NCBI GenBank assembly: GCA_977862235.1
Contig: OZ374560.1
Span: 1,612,001 to 1,676,000 of the forward strand
Reading direction: 5' to 3'
Source of the DNA: Dudresnaya verticillata
Lineage: Eukaryota
DNA: 64,000 nucleotides
Below, in pieces: positions 26,001-37,269 of the stretch. The notes below the pieces were generated by a model. It worked only from the letters and a program-made list of their open reading frames with translations. It had not been told where the DNA came from and ran no database searches. Position numbers and translations under genes: made by a program. Numbering within the stretch: position 1 is the first letter of the stretch; each line of letters starts with the position of its first letter.

Positions 26001-26252
26001 TGCGTTTCCCGACATGGGAAGCAGCAAAAAATAACTAAAATGGCCACATTATTTTCTCCCGCTATTTTAATCCAGAGTTCCAGTACGGGGCAGGAGTGAA
26101 ATCGCTCTCCTGGACCGGCTAGGGGTAGGGAGTATAGCATTCGGAAGGGAAGAGGACAAAAAAGTGCGCGCTTCGCGCGCAGACTATCGCTGCTTCCCAC
26201 CAGAGCTCTAGATCGGCTTCATATACTCCTTTTGCCCCTCTCGAATACTCCC

Positions 26253-26876
26253 TGTAGTAGAATGGCCCTTGGCCAGGTAGTCGGCGATAAAAAGGCACGA
26301 CAGCTGTCCTGGGGACACACACTCACGGTGGGCGGTAGCTCAAAGGAAAAGGGAAAAGGGGGGTGGTAGAGACTTATAGTGGGTGTAATACCCAGAAACA
26401 AAGAAAAGGGAAGGCGAACCCTACAGCGTAGAGCAATCGTCGTACACGATAGGGCTTGTAGACGCCCAAGGCAAGGGAAACACAGTGGCACCGTACGAAG
26501 ACCAGAAAATGGGTACAGCCCAAAGTACACACCGCTGCCGGTTTAGTGCGGGGCCCCTGCTACTCAGGGGCCCAATAAATACGGCGGGAAGCCGGAAATG
26601 CTACCCACTCTAAGTTAGAGTTATAATACTGACAGTTACCTAATACTGTACACTAAATGGTGGATTACAATCCAAAGCTAGAAATGAGTGGTAGTACCAT
26701 TATGAGTTACAGGCGCGCTGCTGTCTGGCGCGCAATGCCAAAAATATGGGTGACCAGGATTAATTAACCAATGATACTCAGCCATCTCAACCATCGCACC
26801 CTCGGGCGCCTCACGCCTTACAGGCGTCGTCTGTACACGTGTGTGCGTACAGCGCTCGGGCACTCATTATTCCACA
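26253..26876 (-). mobile_element. Solo LTR (624 bp), related to the LTR of element D
   Basis: Termini TGTAGTAGAATG...CATTATTCCACA with a perfect CTCCC TSD (26248-26252 and 26877-26881). The reverse strand shares TATTTATTGG.CCCCTGAGTAGCAGGG with ~55280-55307. Confidence 0.88.
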
Positions 26877-26902
26877 CTCCCTCACAGGTCATCTCCGCAG
26901 CT

Positions 26903-27540
26903 ATGGAGAACATCTCCCTCAGGCAAGAGCGGAAGTTGAAGATCTGCCAGGAAGAAGCGCGGCGCAGAGCAGAACGCAGGTCGTTCACTCAAGCGCAGCT
27001 CTCCCGATGGGCAAAAACGAAGTTCGAACTGTTGAAAGCCCCGAGCCAGGCCGCGATATCCCGCATTCTGAAAACACCCGCTTCCTTTTCGGGTTCCTAC
27101 GCGAGCATCCGTAAACGTAAATCAACTGGAAGGGTGGGCAAGATTGAACAGGTATTGTTCAATTGGGTGAATGCGCAATTTCATGCGCGTAGAGTGATCA
27201 ATGGCCGCATGATCCGCATTGTTGCCTCTCGGATGCTTGCTAAAGGAAATGAATCCGTGGCAACTAACAAAAAACTCTACTTAACCTTCTCCAATTGATG
27301 GCTGAACAGATTTCAGAAGCGTTGAGGACCTAAATGCTTCTAGTCACACGGTGAAAGCGGGGATGTTGACCAGGAGGCCCTTGATCTTTTACTGCCAGGT
27401 GTACGGGATAAATTGAAAGCCTACACTCGAAATGACATTTATAACGCTGACTAGTCGGGGCTGTACTGTCGCATGGCACCCACAAGACAATTTCCAGGGC
27501 GTAAATGTCTGGAAGGAAGAAAAACAAAACTAGACTTACA
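26903..27540 (+). pseudogene. pogo/Tigger-family transposase, N-terminal part (CENP-B-type HTH to start of DDE domain)
   Basis: Motifs TQAQLSRWAK...PSQAAISRILK, IEQVLFNWV, FSN*WLNRFQKR, IYNAD*SGLY and KNKTRL; interrupted by element C. Confidence 0.9.
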
Positions 27541-27560
27541 TGTAGTGCAACCCTCGGAAT

Positions 27561-28454
27561 TGTGGTGCAAACGTCTGAGACGATAGACCGCCGAGCAGTT
27601 CGGGGCTCGGTGGGTAGCTGCGCCCGTGGCGGTGAGTAGCCTCGCCTTGGGCGACTTGTTGGCAGGGCAAAGGACACGCCTTGGGCGGACTGTAAACGCC
27701 CGAGGCGAAAAGGAAGGGAAAAGGAAACAGAAAGGGAACATGTCAATGACGATGGTAGACGTGGAAGCACGGGAGATAGACGCTTGAGCCGGAGGCAGCG
27801 GTAGGATGCACGCGTGCGGAACGGGGAAGTCTGGACCAAGGCCGGCTTGCCCGGGCGTTTACTGTTACGTCTGGGACGGCTTACCTAAGTATAGTACGGC
27901 GGCGGCGGTGCGTGTGCGTAGCGCGGGAACTCGGGACACGTGTCGTCCCGAGGCGCATCTGACAGATCACCCATCGCATGCAGCCGCGCGCCTGACAGGT
28001 TGCCGTACAACCCCCTGTGTGGGTGCTTACACGCACACGTGGACGCGTGTGCCTTACAGCCGTGCGCGCGCGCGTACTGTAGAGCGTGCGCCTTGGATAT
28101 AATCCGATACTTGTCCGATCCCGATCCCATCCGGATCGGGCCAGCAATGCGAATACCCGCAGCCTTACAGGCGCGTATCTTACAGCCCAGGCGATCCAGA
28201 TAGCCAATCTGGATACCGCATCCGGATCCCATCTGGATCCGTATCACAGTGCCCCGGGACGCCACGTCGGCCTATCACCGTACAGTGCCCGCGTGGCGCG
28301 CGGCACGCAGTGTGCGCGCGCGCCCCAGTGAGCCGTCGATGACGTGTTCGCGCGCCAACGGCGGTGGTGAGCGCCGGTGGCGGTTTCTCCGTCGGTCGAC
28401 GTATTTGGTCTGCCCGCTTTCAGCGAAAAAGGGCTCACCTCCCCTTGCACCACA
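27561..28454 (-). repeat. 3' LTR of element B (894 bp)
   Basis: TGTGGTGCAA...TTGCACCACA; differs from 39957-40847 by roughly a dozen substitutions and a 3-bp indel (counted by eye). Confidence 0.97.
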
Positions 28455-28970
28455 CGACCCCCGTCCAAAACGCGAACACGCCCGACCCTCAACCTGCTGC
28501 CGTGCGCCCTCCCGTTGCGTTACTGCCAACTGCCAACTTCCGCGCCTTGCGAACGAGTCCCCGCGCCTTCGCGTATTGTGTTGGTGCGCCCGCGTGCGCG
28601 TTGCGACCTCGGCTGTGCCGTAAGAACTTCGCTCTTGTTGCGTGCTTGTGTCTGTGCGACTGCGTTGACGCTGCCCCGACATCATTGCCCGTGGCGCATA
28701 ACGTTCTCCGTCGTTGACGTCTATCGTATATCCCTCGCCTGGGGCGTCGCAACTTAATCGTCATCGACGTCGTTTGCCTTTGGCATCGCCAGTGGCGCAG
28801 CAGCTGAACGTCGTTGAGGTGGGTTTCTTTTCCTCGCCTGAGGAGTTACAACCGTAATCGTCTTCGACGCACGCTTCTTGAAGCTTTCGCCAGTGGCGCA
28901 GAACACGAGTCGTCTTTGACGTTTGTACACGCATCGCCTTTGGCGTTAACATATTCTCGTCGTTGACGTC

Positions 28971-31274
28971 ATGCCGATGTTCAATGGCATGCAGGTGGCG
29001 GCGCCCTCGGCTGCGCCGGTGTACGCTTCGCCGGTCGACTTCGTCGGAAAGAACCCTCTCGATCACGCGCATTTCTTCGCGCGGGCCCCCTGGTTTGACC
29101 AGGAGGCCCTGTGCGAGGAAGAATTGGTTGCCCATTACGCTACTAGCGGTTTCTTGCCGGGGAGCCTGCCCCTCGGCGTCGTCTGGACGTTGGAATGGAA
29201 GTTACGCTGCGCCGTTCCTGCGGAATGGCTTTGGGTGCGAGCAGGACAGTCGCGTGCGGACGTCCACGCGCAGTTCGTCTCAGACGTGTATCGTCGCTTC
29301 ACGCGGTATCCGGGGTCGACGTTAACGCCGCCCCTGTTCAATTATGATGCGGGACAGTACCGCACAGCCGGCGAAGCCGAATATGGTTCTCGTCTTGGGA
29401 CGTTATCGCTCAAACACGTGAGCGTGTCGATTGAACCTCGCGTGTTGGGAGAGGCCTACCTGTTAGGCGTACGCTTGAAATCGGATTTTCGTTACTTGCA
29501 TCGTACGGGTACGTTCTTTTGGGAGCGTTGTATCCGGTGGGAGTGCGAGACGCGTCGCCGAAAGGGCGTATTCGTACCTTACCAGGGCATGCAGGTCGAT
29601 CGTATTGAGCGTAGTAAGTTACCGTTTTGTTTCGTGAAGGTACCGCCTGTATCGCGACAGTTTGAGATATGCGAGGGTTTCTCCGTAGAGCTTCCTCCGT
29701 GTGTCACGTATCTTGGTTCCGAGCTGATGACCGACCCCTATTCCAGGTACTGGATCGTGTTTTACACGGAGTGGGTCGCCAATGTGGCGTATGCGTGGTT
29801 ATGGGAGGTGTATGACACCTTCCGTATGTACCACTTGCCCCCGCGTGTGGTGGCTCAGCTTGGCAGCCTCGACTTGGTCGAAATATTGGGCGGGTACCGG
29901 AACGCCGAGGAGTTCTGGAACCTGCGCGCTGTGGCGGATGAGATCGATTTGAACGACCCGGCAATGGTGCCGTATGCGAACAACCGCCGTAAGGCGAACC
30001 GTCCGCGATTCGCGATGAGTCGGACTCACTCCGCCTGTGGCGATTGGGTCCATTATAACCCGTGGACTAAGCGTCGTACGACGAAGAATATTGCGGAGCG
30101 CCATCGCAAAACGGACCGCTTCACCCCGGGTAATCACCCGCGTGGTTTGCGTAAGAGCTGCGACTTTGTCGGTGAATTTCCTCCGCATTTGAGCGCCTCA
30201 ATGGCCGAGGAGGATGCGTTTAACGCCGATGGCGGACCGGAGAACCCGTCTGGGACGGACATTGCTGTGCCTATGGCGGTTGAGTCGACTGCCGAGCCTG
30301 CGCCCGCGTCTTCGGCTTTGCCCGGAGGCGCTGTCGGTGGCGGTGGAGTGCCAGCTGGCCTGCCAGCTGTTGCTCCTCTGCACCTCGCGGCCCCCGTCGC
30401 TGACGATGATGGCGATGCCGTTATGGCGACGCCAATATTGGAGTCGGCTCCGCCGACCGTGACGCCTCAAGGCGAAGCATCAAACGTCGCAGACAGTTCT
30501 GGGGGTCCAGCTTCGGTGCCGGTTTGGACCGAAGAACAGCGCCGCACCGTGCTTGCGTTATTGAAGGCTGCAGGCGTCGCTACTAGCGGTCTGAGCGGCT
30601 CACCCACTGAGTGGATGAGCCAAGCGTTGTCGACTGCGGTTCCACCTCAGGGTGGACCCGCACCGAAGTCGACTAGTGTCGTAGGTTCTGCGTCGAAGGA
30701 CGGTGTGGCAGAGATGCCTTCGTCGCCTAAGGCGAATGGTCCGGCGTCTAAAGACGTGAATATGACTGTACCGCCTGTGGCGAGCGAAGCGAATGCCGCT
30801 ATAGCGTCGTTGACGTTTCCAAAGGGGCCAGGGGCTCCTGCGTCCTTGACCGGTGTTGGGTTAACAGCGCCGAAGGCGAGTGAAGAAGCGACGCCAATCA
30901 AGGCGGTTTCTGAACTGACGCCAAAGGCGGTCGACGAGTCGTTGATTACGCTTAAAGCGGATGGGGCTGTGCCCGCACCTAAGGCGAACGATGGCTTGAG
31001 CTCTGCGCCCGTGGCGGTTGTTATTGCTTCATCGCCTTTGGCGGATATTGTCGCGACGACGCCGAAGGCGATTGATGAGTCGCCCATTTCGCCTGCGGCG
31101 CCTGTTATAGTCACTCCGGCAGTTGCGGTGGCAAGGCCTTTGCGGTCTGCCCCGGCTCCTGCCGTGAGTGTACCGTCGAGGACGGAGGACGACCTCTACG
31201 AAGAGGCGTTGCGTGATTCCGCCGAAGGCGCCGTAGGTGTACTACCCGATTCGTCTGCGACGAAAGAGTCTTGA
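28971..31274 (+). CDS. Antisense accessory ORF of element B, intact 767 aa: unknown conserved N-terminal domain plus low-complexity Ala/Pro/Ser tail
   Basis: Long uninterrupted ORF opposite to gag-pol, homologous to the ORFs at the same position in A, C and D. Confidence 0.9.
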   Translation: MPMFNGMQVAAPSAAPVYASPVDFVGKNPLDHAHFFARAPWFDQEALCEEELVAHYATSGFLPGSLPLGVVWTLEWKLRCAVPAEWLWVRAGQSRADVHAQFVSDVYRRFTRYPGSTLTPPLFNYDAGQYRTAGEAEYGSRLGTLSLKHVSVSIEPRVLGEAYLLGVRLKSDFRYLHRTGTFFWERCIRWECETRRRKGVFVPYQGMQVDRIERSKLPFCFVKVPPVSRQFEICEGFSVELPPCVTYLGSELMTDPYSRYWIVFYTEWVANVAYAWLWEVYDTFRMYHLPPRVVAQLGSLDLVEILGGYRNAEEFWNLRAVADEIDLNDPAMVPYANNRRKANRPRFAMSRTHSACGDWVHYNPWTKRRTTKNIAERHRKTDRFTPGNHPRGLRKSCDFVGEFPPHLSASMAEEDAFNADGGPENPSGTDIAVPMAVESTAEPAPASSALPGGAVGGGGVPAGLPAVAPLHLAAPVADDDGDAVMATPILESAPPTVTPQGEASNVADSSGGPASVPVWTEEQRRTVLALLKAAGVATSGLSGSPTEWMSQALSTAVPPQGGPAPKSTSVVGSASKDGVAEMPSSPKANGPASKDVNMTVPPVASEANAAIASLTFPKGPGAPASLTGVGLTAPKASEEATPIKAVSELTPKAVDESLITLKADGAVPAPKANDGLSSAPVAVVIASSPLADIVATTPKAIDESPISPAAPVIVTPAVAVARPLRSAPAPAVSVPSRTEDDLYEEALRDSAEGAVGVLPDSSATKES

Positions 31275-32553
31275 TGTCGTTTGAGCAACGGATAGCGGAC
31301 GCGAGGTGCGTATTGAGTTGCCCTTCGTCTCCCTTGCGGGACCGATGAGCGGGGTATTCCCCCTTCGTCTTTGACGATTAATGTAGCTGTAGTGGTCGAT
31401 TGCTAGGGCGAGGGGTTGTCCCCATTTGTTTTTAGCCCAGTAAACTTCGGCCATTGTCAGCGTTTTTGTGTGTCGCGTTTCGCGTTGGCCTTAGGGTGTG
31501 ACTTGTGATCCACTTTCGACTTTGCGTCGTGTTCTTGGTTGCCCGCTACAGTAGCATTGGCGTTTTTGGTGCCATTGGCCTTAGCCGTGCGTTGGCACTT
31601 GGCTTTGTTTGCCCAGTAGGGTCCGCTGTAGCAGCGTTGTTCTTCGTGTTTCACGCGCGTCAGGCGTATTTCCGCTTACTTAGCGTTTTGTTTTTTTGTA
31701 GTTCATGTGTCGCACTGCGCCTTGGGCGTGGTTTGTCGGCGTCCTCGACGACGGTCGCGAAGGCGGTGAGGTAGGTTTTGACGCTTCGGCGTTGCCGCCC
31801 CTTTCGTCTTCGACGTTCCTCGTTGTGGGTAGGGTAGAGTTGTCGGTCGCGCTCGCGCGACTGCGCGGCGGCTGCCGGCAGCGGCGGAGTCGTTGGCGAT
31901 TTGTTGGCGCGTCGTGCACGGAACCCGCAGCAACTGCGTCTTCGACCACCTTCCCCCCCCTTCGGGGGTGGGTTTGTCGGTGCGCCCCTTCTCGGCGAGT
32001 TGCGTCGGAGACGTTCGACGGGTCTTGCGCGCGAGACCGTGGCCGGCAGGGTGGCGGTCCCAGGGACTTGCCCGTGGGGCGAGGCACGTCTCGACGTCGG
32101 AGACGGTTGTTGTGCGCTGCCACTTTGCGCCTGTCGTCGCTGGGGCTCGTAGCACCTGCTCAGCCACTTGGCATAATTGCGTTCGTCGTGCGTTGACGGC
32201 GGGGTGGTGCGCGCTGCCGTGTTTGGAAATTAAAATTGGACCAATTACTGCCTCGTATTACCCGAGGGTCGGCGGCGGCGGATCTCGATTTGCGATCTGG
32301 ATCCACTGTCAACAGCGCACCCATCTAGAAGTTCCGTATGGGGGCTGCTGCGAGGTGGCGTGCGCGAGGCTGTCTATGACGCAACGACTTGCGTCCGCGT
32401 TCGTCCATGGCGTGCACGCGTGGTTGGCGCTGTCGCTCCGGCGACCGCGTCCACAGGTCATGGGTTGAGCTTCCGCGCCGTTGGCGATCGTAGTTCGAGC
32501 ACGTGGGCTCGATCGTCCGTCCATTCGCTTCCAGCGGTATTTCCGGACTAGGG

Positions 32554-35500
32554 TTAGCCGCGTTGCGCGTCGTCGAAGTTTGGCGGCAGCTGCGTACGTT
32601 TGCGACGGTGGTATCGTGTGACGTGGGAGCGCGGCAAACTGGAGACTGGCTCCCAGGTCTTCGCGGAAGCGGGGTATCCAAACCACTTGACGCGGTAGAG
32701 GATCTCATCATCATCCGCATATGCGTGCGACTCTATGCGTTCAATCACGTATTCTCTTCCGCTCACAGCGTTCGGCTTGGACATGGGCCTGTCCAGCGCC
32801 TTTAGCGGTTTGTCTCGTTGCGTGATGGGTGTCTGTTCCGGCTCGGCGAAGCGTACTCGACGAGTTGATCGCCGAAGGCGTTGGCCTTGGGCCTCGGACG
32901 CTCGATCAGCGGTCAGTCTATTGTTGCGTCTTGAGACGAGTTCATCGCTTGCAGCGCCTTGCTTCGTGCTTGCACGGTTAACGTCTTCGTTATCGGACGC
33001 GCTTTCAGCGGAGTCATTGTTCTTATTCGGCGGTGCCGTAGCGACGTGTTCCAAACGGGTGCGAACCCCTGGGGTACTGTCGTCGTTGGAGACGGATTGC
33101 GAAGCGCGGTCGTTGGGATCGGCGGCGAAGGGCGAAAGCTCTGCCAACCCACGACTGCGTGACGCGGCGATCGTACGCTGTTGCGGATCTGTCGCAGTAT
33201 GCGAAGTGTCTGCGTCCTCTTCCGGGTCCGCTGGTGGCGTGCTTGGGGTAGTCGTCCCTTCCTCGGGTGACGTGGGGGCGACTGCTCCCTGCTTCTCAGG
33301 CGGGCCTGGTGGTACGACGATTGGAGGGGCCACCTGACCCGGTGGGGTCGGCGCCCAGACCACGCGGTCTCGGAACAAACGTTCCCGCTCATCACGTCCC
33401 TTGTCGACGGTTACTGTCTCGTTATCAACGTGAGCTACCCGGTATGGTCCGTCCGCCACTGGCGCCAGCTTATGCTTACGCTCTGCGCGATCCGTGCTCC
33501 CGTCTTGGACGAAGTATTCCTTACGTACGAATACGAAGTCGCCTACGGCGATTGTTTCCTTCGATTTCCTTAATCTGGTATCGAAGTTTCGTTTGTAACG
33601 TGCTTGAGTTTTTTCTAACGACGCTTTAGCGGTTCCCATCAGTGCGGCCAGCCAGGTTCGCCACTTGGTGTAGTATTGCCCCGCGGTGGGTACGCTTTCG
33701 AGCGACGGTTCCGCTTCGAGCGACAATGGTCGTGGTGGCTTCGACAGCACCAATTCAAACGGAGCGAGATGCGTAGACGAATGCAACTGCGTGTTGTATG
33801 CGAACCTCAAGGCATCTGTGAACAGGTCCCAGTCTCTCGGATGATCCGCAACGTAGTGACGCAGCGAGGCCAGGATAGTTCGATTGAATCGTTCTACCTG
33901 GCCATTGCATTGCGGATGGTACGTCGTGGTGAAGAGATTCTCCACTCCCAAAAGACGGCAGATATCCTGAAACAGCTTAGCCACGAACTGTGGTCCGTTG
34001 TCGGACAACAGTTTCTTGGGGGGGCCGTACACGAAGACCCAATGTCGTACAAACGCCTTAGCGATCTCCAATGCCATAATACTACGCAGTGGGACCGTCC
34101 GGACCAGCTTCGAGAAGCGGTCCACAATGACGAGTAGGAACTTGTTTCCTCGCTTCGTGCGTATGAGTTCGCCCAGGATGTCGATCGATACAAATTCGAG
34201 AGGCTCGGCTGCCAGGAACAACTTCAATTGCTTGGTGTTCTTTCGTAGTAATACGCGATTCTTAGCGCAAGTTACGCAGTTGCGGACGGTCGCATAGCAG
34301 TCCACTGGCATCGATGGCCAATAGTATTCGCTTCGAAGCGTATGATACAACTTACGCCCCCCTGGGTGCCCTGCCAACTTGGCGTGGTGCCGGAGGTGGA
34401 GTAAGCGAGCGCGTAACGCGAAGGGTACGACCACTTGCGGACGGACTTCCACTGTTCGGACCAACAGGCCCTGTTCATCCGTTGCGAACGGTAAGATGAT
34501 TCCGTCATCCAGACGTTTCTTGACATCGTTACAGTATTTGTCATCGCCTTGGGCGTGTGCCAACTCTTCATGCGTCACTTGACGAAGGAGTACCTCATCC
34601 GCCGGTGGCGTGTTGTTGATCAACACTTGGTCGAACTCTTCGAACTCTCGTTCGGCGAAGTCGACCTCGCCTTCGGCGTGTGAGAGATCGTCTTGTGACG
34701 TTTGATGGCCGTCTTCGACGTAGCTTCCGTGATAGCACGGTATATCATCGTCAATGGGCTCGACGGTTTCTCCCTTCGTCTGTAGACGCGAAAGGGAATC
34801 TGCCTGAGTATTCAGGTACCCCTTTTTGTACTTCACGACAAAGTCGAACTCGGAAAGGCGAAGGCGCCACCGCATTAACCGTCCTGAGGGGTCGCTGATT
34901 TCCATCAGCCACCTCAACGAAGAATGGTCCGTATGGAATGTGAACGACTCCATCTGGAGGTAAGGTCGCAGCGTCATGACGGACCATACTACTGCGAGGC
35001 ACTCCTTTTCGGAGACCGAATAGTTACGCTCTGGAGCGGTGAACGAGCGGGACCAGAAGCCGAGCGGCTTACGTTCGCCGTCGGGCTGCGTTTGAAAGAG
35101 AGCGCAGCCGACCTGATACTCGCTTGCGTCACAATCGACGGAATAGGGGAGACCCTGCTGTGATAGCGCCAGAATAGGCGCATGAGTCACGGCCTCGACG
35201 AGCGTACTGAACGCTTTGGCTTGTGTCTCGTTAAACGGTTGTAACTGGAAGTCCTGTTCCTTCCTCAGCAACTTGTTGAGGGGGGCAGCGACATGCGCGT
35301 ATCGCGAGACGAACCGTCGGTAGACGTTACAAAGACCTAGGAAACTCCGTAGCTCCTTCTGATCCCGTGGATGCTTGGATTCGCGTAGCGCGGCAGTGAC
35401 AGTTCGGTCAAGGTCTAACCGTCCTGGACGTATGACGTGTCCTAATTTGTTGACGGTCGGGGTGAAGAAGTCACACTTAGTCAACTTCAGAGTCACCCCG

Positions 35501-37124
35501 GCGCGGTGCAATGTCGAAAGGATCTCGTCAACATGACGGAAGTGACTGTCGATGTCGCTGAAGAAGATTTTTACGTCATCGAGGTAGACGAGGCACGAAC
35601 GCCACTTGTAACCAGCGAGCAGTATGTCCAACGTTCGTTGAAACGTAGCGGGTGCGTTCGTGAGACCGAATGGCATACGTTTATAGCGGAACAGTCCGGC
35701 GTGGCACGTGAACGCAGTCTTATCGCGGTCTCGCGGATTGATCGGCACCTGCCAGTACCCACTGTTACATTCTAGGGTGGTGAAGACGTTTTCTTCCCCT
35801 AGACTGTCGATACATTCGTCGATATGCGGCAGCGGGTACGTGTCCCGTATGGTTACTGCGTTTAAACGACGGTAGTCTACGCAAAAGCGGAGGGTCCCGT
35901 CCTTCTTGGGGGCGAAGACCACTGGTGACGCCCACGGCGATTGTGCGGGTTCGATAACCCCTTGACGCAGCATGCGGTCCACTTCTGCTTGAGCGAGTTG
36001 TCTTTGCTTCGGCCCCGCTCGGTAGGGCGGGGACGATATCGGTCTAGATCCGGGAAGCAAGTCGATGTAGTGCTCCGTGGTTGAGATTGCTCCCAACGAA
36101 CCGTCCCACATAGACGAATACTTGCGTAACATCTCCTTAAGCCGACCTTGATGCTCGGTGGGGATATGTACCAGGTCCAAATCGTCTACTGACGGAGTTT
36201 TGGCAGTGGTTACCTCGATAGACTTCTTGAAGGTATCCGGCTGTGCCGTAGTGTTATCATTCGTTTGAAAACGGAAATCTTGGTTTGCCTTCTCCTCCTC
36301 GGCCTGTTCCTCTGTGAGGCCCAAAACATCGGCAAGACTTACGTGACTGGGGAACACTGCTGTCAGATGTGGTAACGCCGTCGCGACGACTTGGCCTTTG
36401 GCCAGTGCCTGCGGGCGGGGAGAGAAGTTGGTAACCAGAATGCGAAACGCTTTTAGCGGCTCCACTTGAGCAATCCCGTTTGTAACGGCCAGACCTTGTT
36501 TGTCGTACAGCGTTCCGAACGGTTGAATTGTGATGATGCCGGCGCGCTCGGTGGTCACCGATACCCATTGCTGCGCCTTAGGCGGGATGACCGCGCGCTC
36601 GGCGACTCGGATCTTGGGTGACGTCCTCCCTTCGGCCTTGCCGTATTCCTGTTCCGTTGGTAACGGAGGGTACGACGGGGGTCGGCGCAGCGGCGGCGCG
36701 TTATAGGGATGCGAGTCCCGTCATCCAATTCAACCTCGCGACTTCGCGGATATATTGCTTCGACAAAGCGGTCGCAAAAGTCGCAGCCGAGTATAACCGG
36801 CGCAGCGAGTTGTTCGCAAACGATCAGTTCCAACTTGACGACTCTCCGTCCTAGACGAACGACCAGGTCGATGGTGCCTCTTGTCTGGATCGTCTTATTG
36901 TTGGCGTCGGCTATGACGGGGAAGCTCTTTGCCACGATGCGCGATCGCGCTTCCAGCGGAATGTCGTCAATGCGAATGAAATTCGGACCAGCCCCCGTGT
37001 CGAGGACAGTGCGTTTACGTGCCAAGGTAGTAATGGTTGCGCCCAAATCGGCGTACACCTTATAGTTACTCTTGGCCATTACGAACAACTGCCCTCGCGC
37101 CTGGGGGGCTGGTACCTTCGCCAT
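32554..37124 (-). pseudogene. pol: Pol of element B (protease frameshifted from a 1334-aa RT-RH-IN-chromodomain ORF)
   Basis: VLDTGAG, YLDD, DCDAS, HHCC, SDNG/GQVERFN, GPYRV and chromodomain EYVIERIESH...VKWFGY...TWEP. Confidence 0.95.
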
Positions 37125-37269
37125 GGGCGTTTTAATGACGTCTGTGGCGCCTCTATCCGCCCGTTGGCATCATCGGTAACTAACTCCGGGCCCTCCTTCC
37201 GTGTCAGCACCCGAGGCCTAGGCCTCTCTTCGCGGTGCGACACCCCAGTGTCAGGATCTGGTGCCCGAG

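Noticed and set aside
28971..31274. Antisense ORF as an env gene
   Set aside because: It is on the wrong strand for env and has no evident signal peptide or transmembrane anchor.
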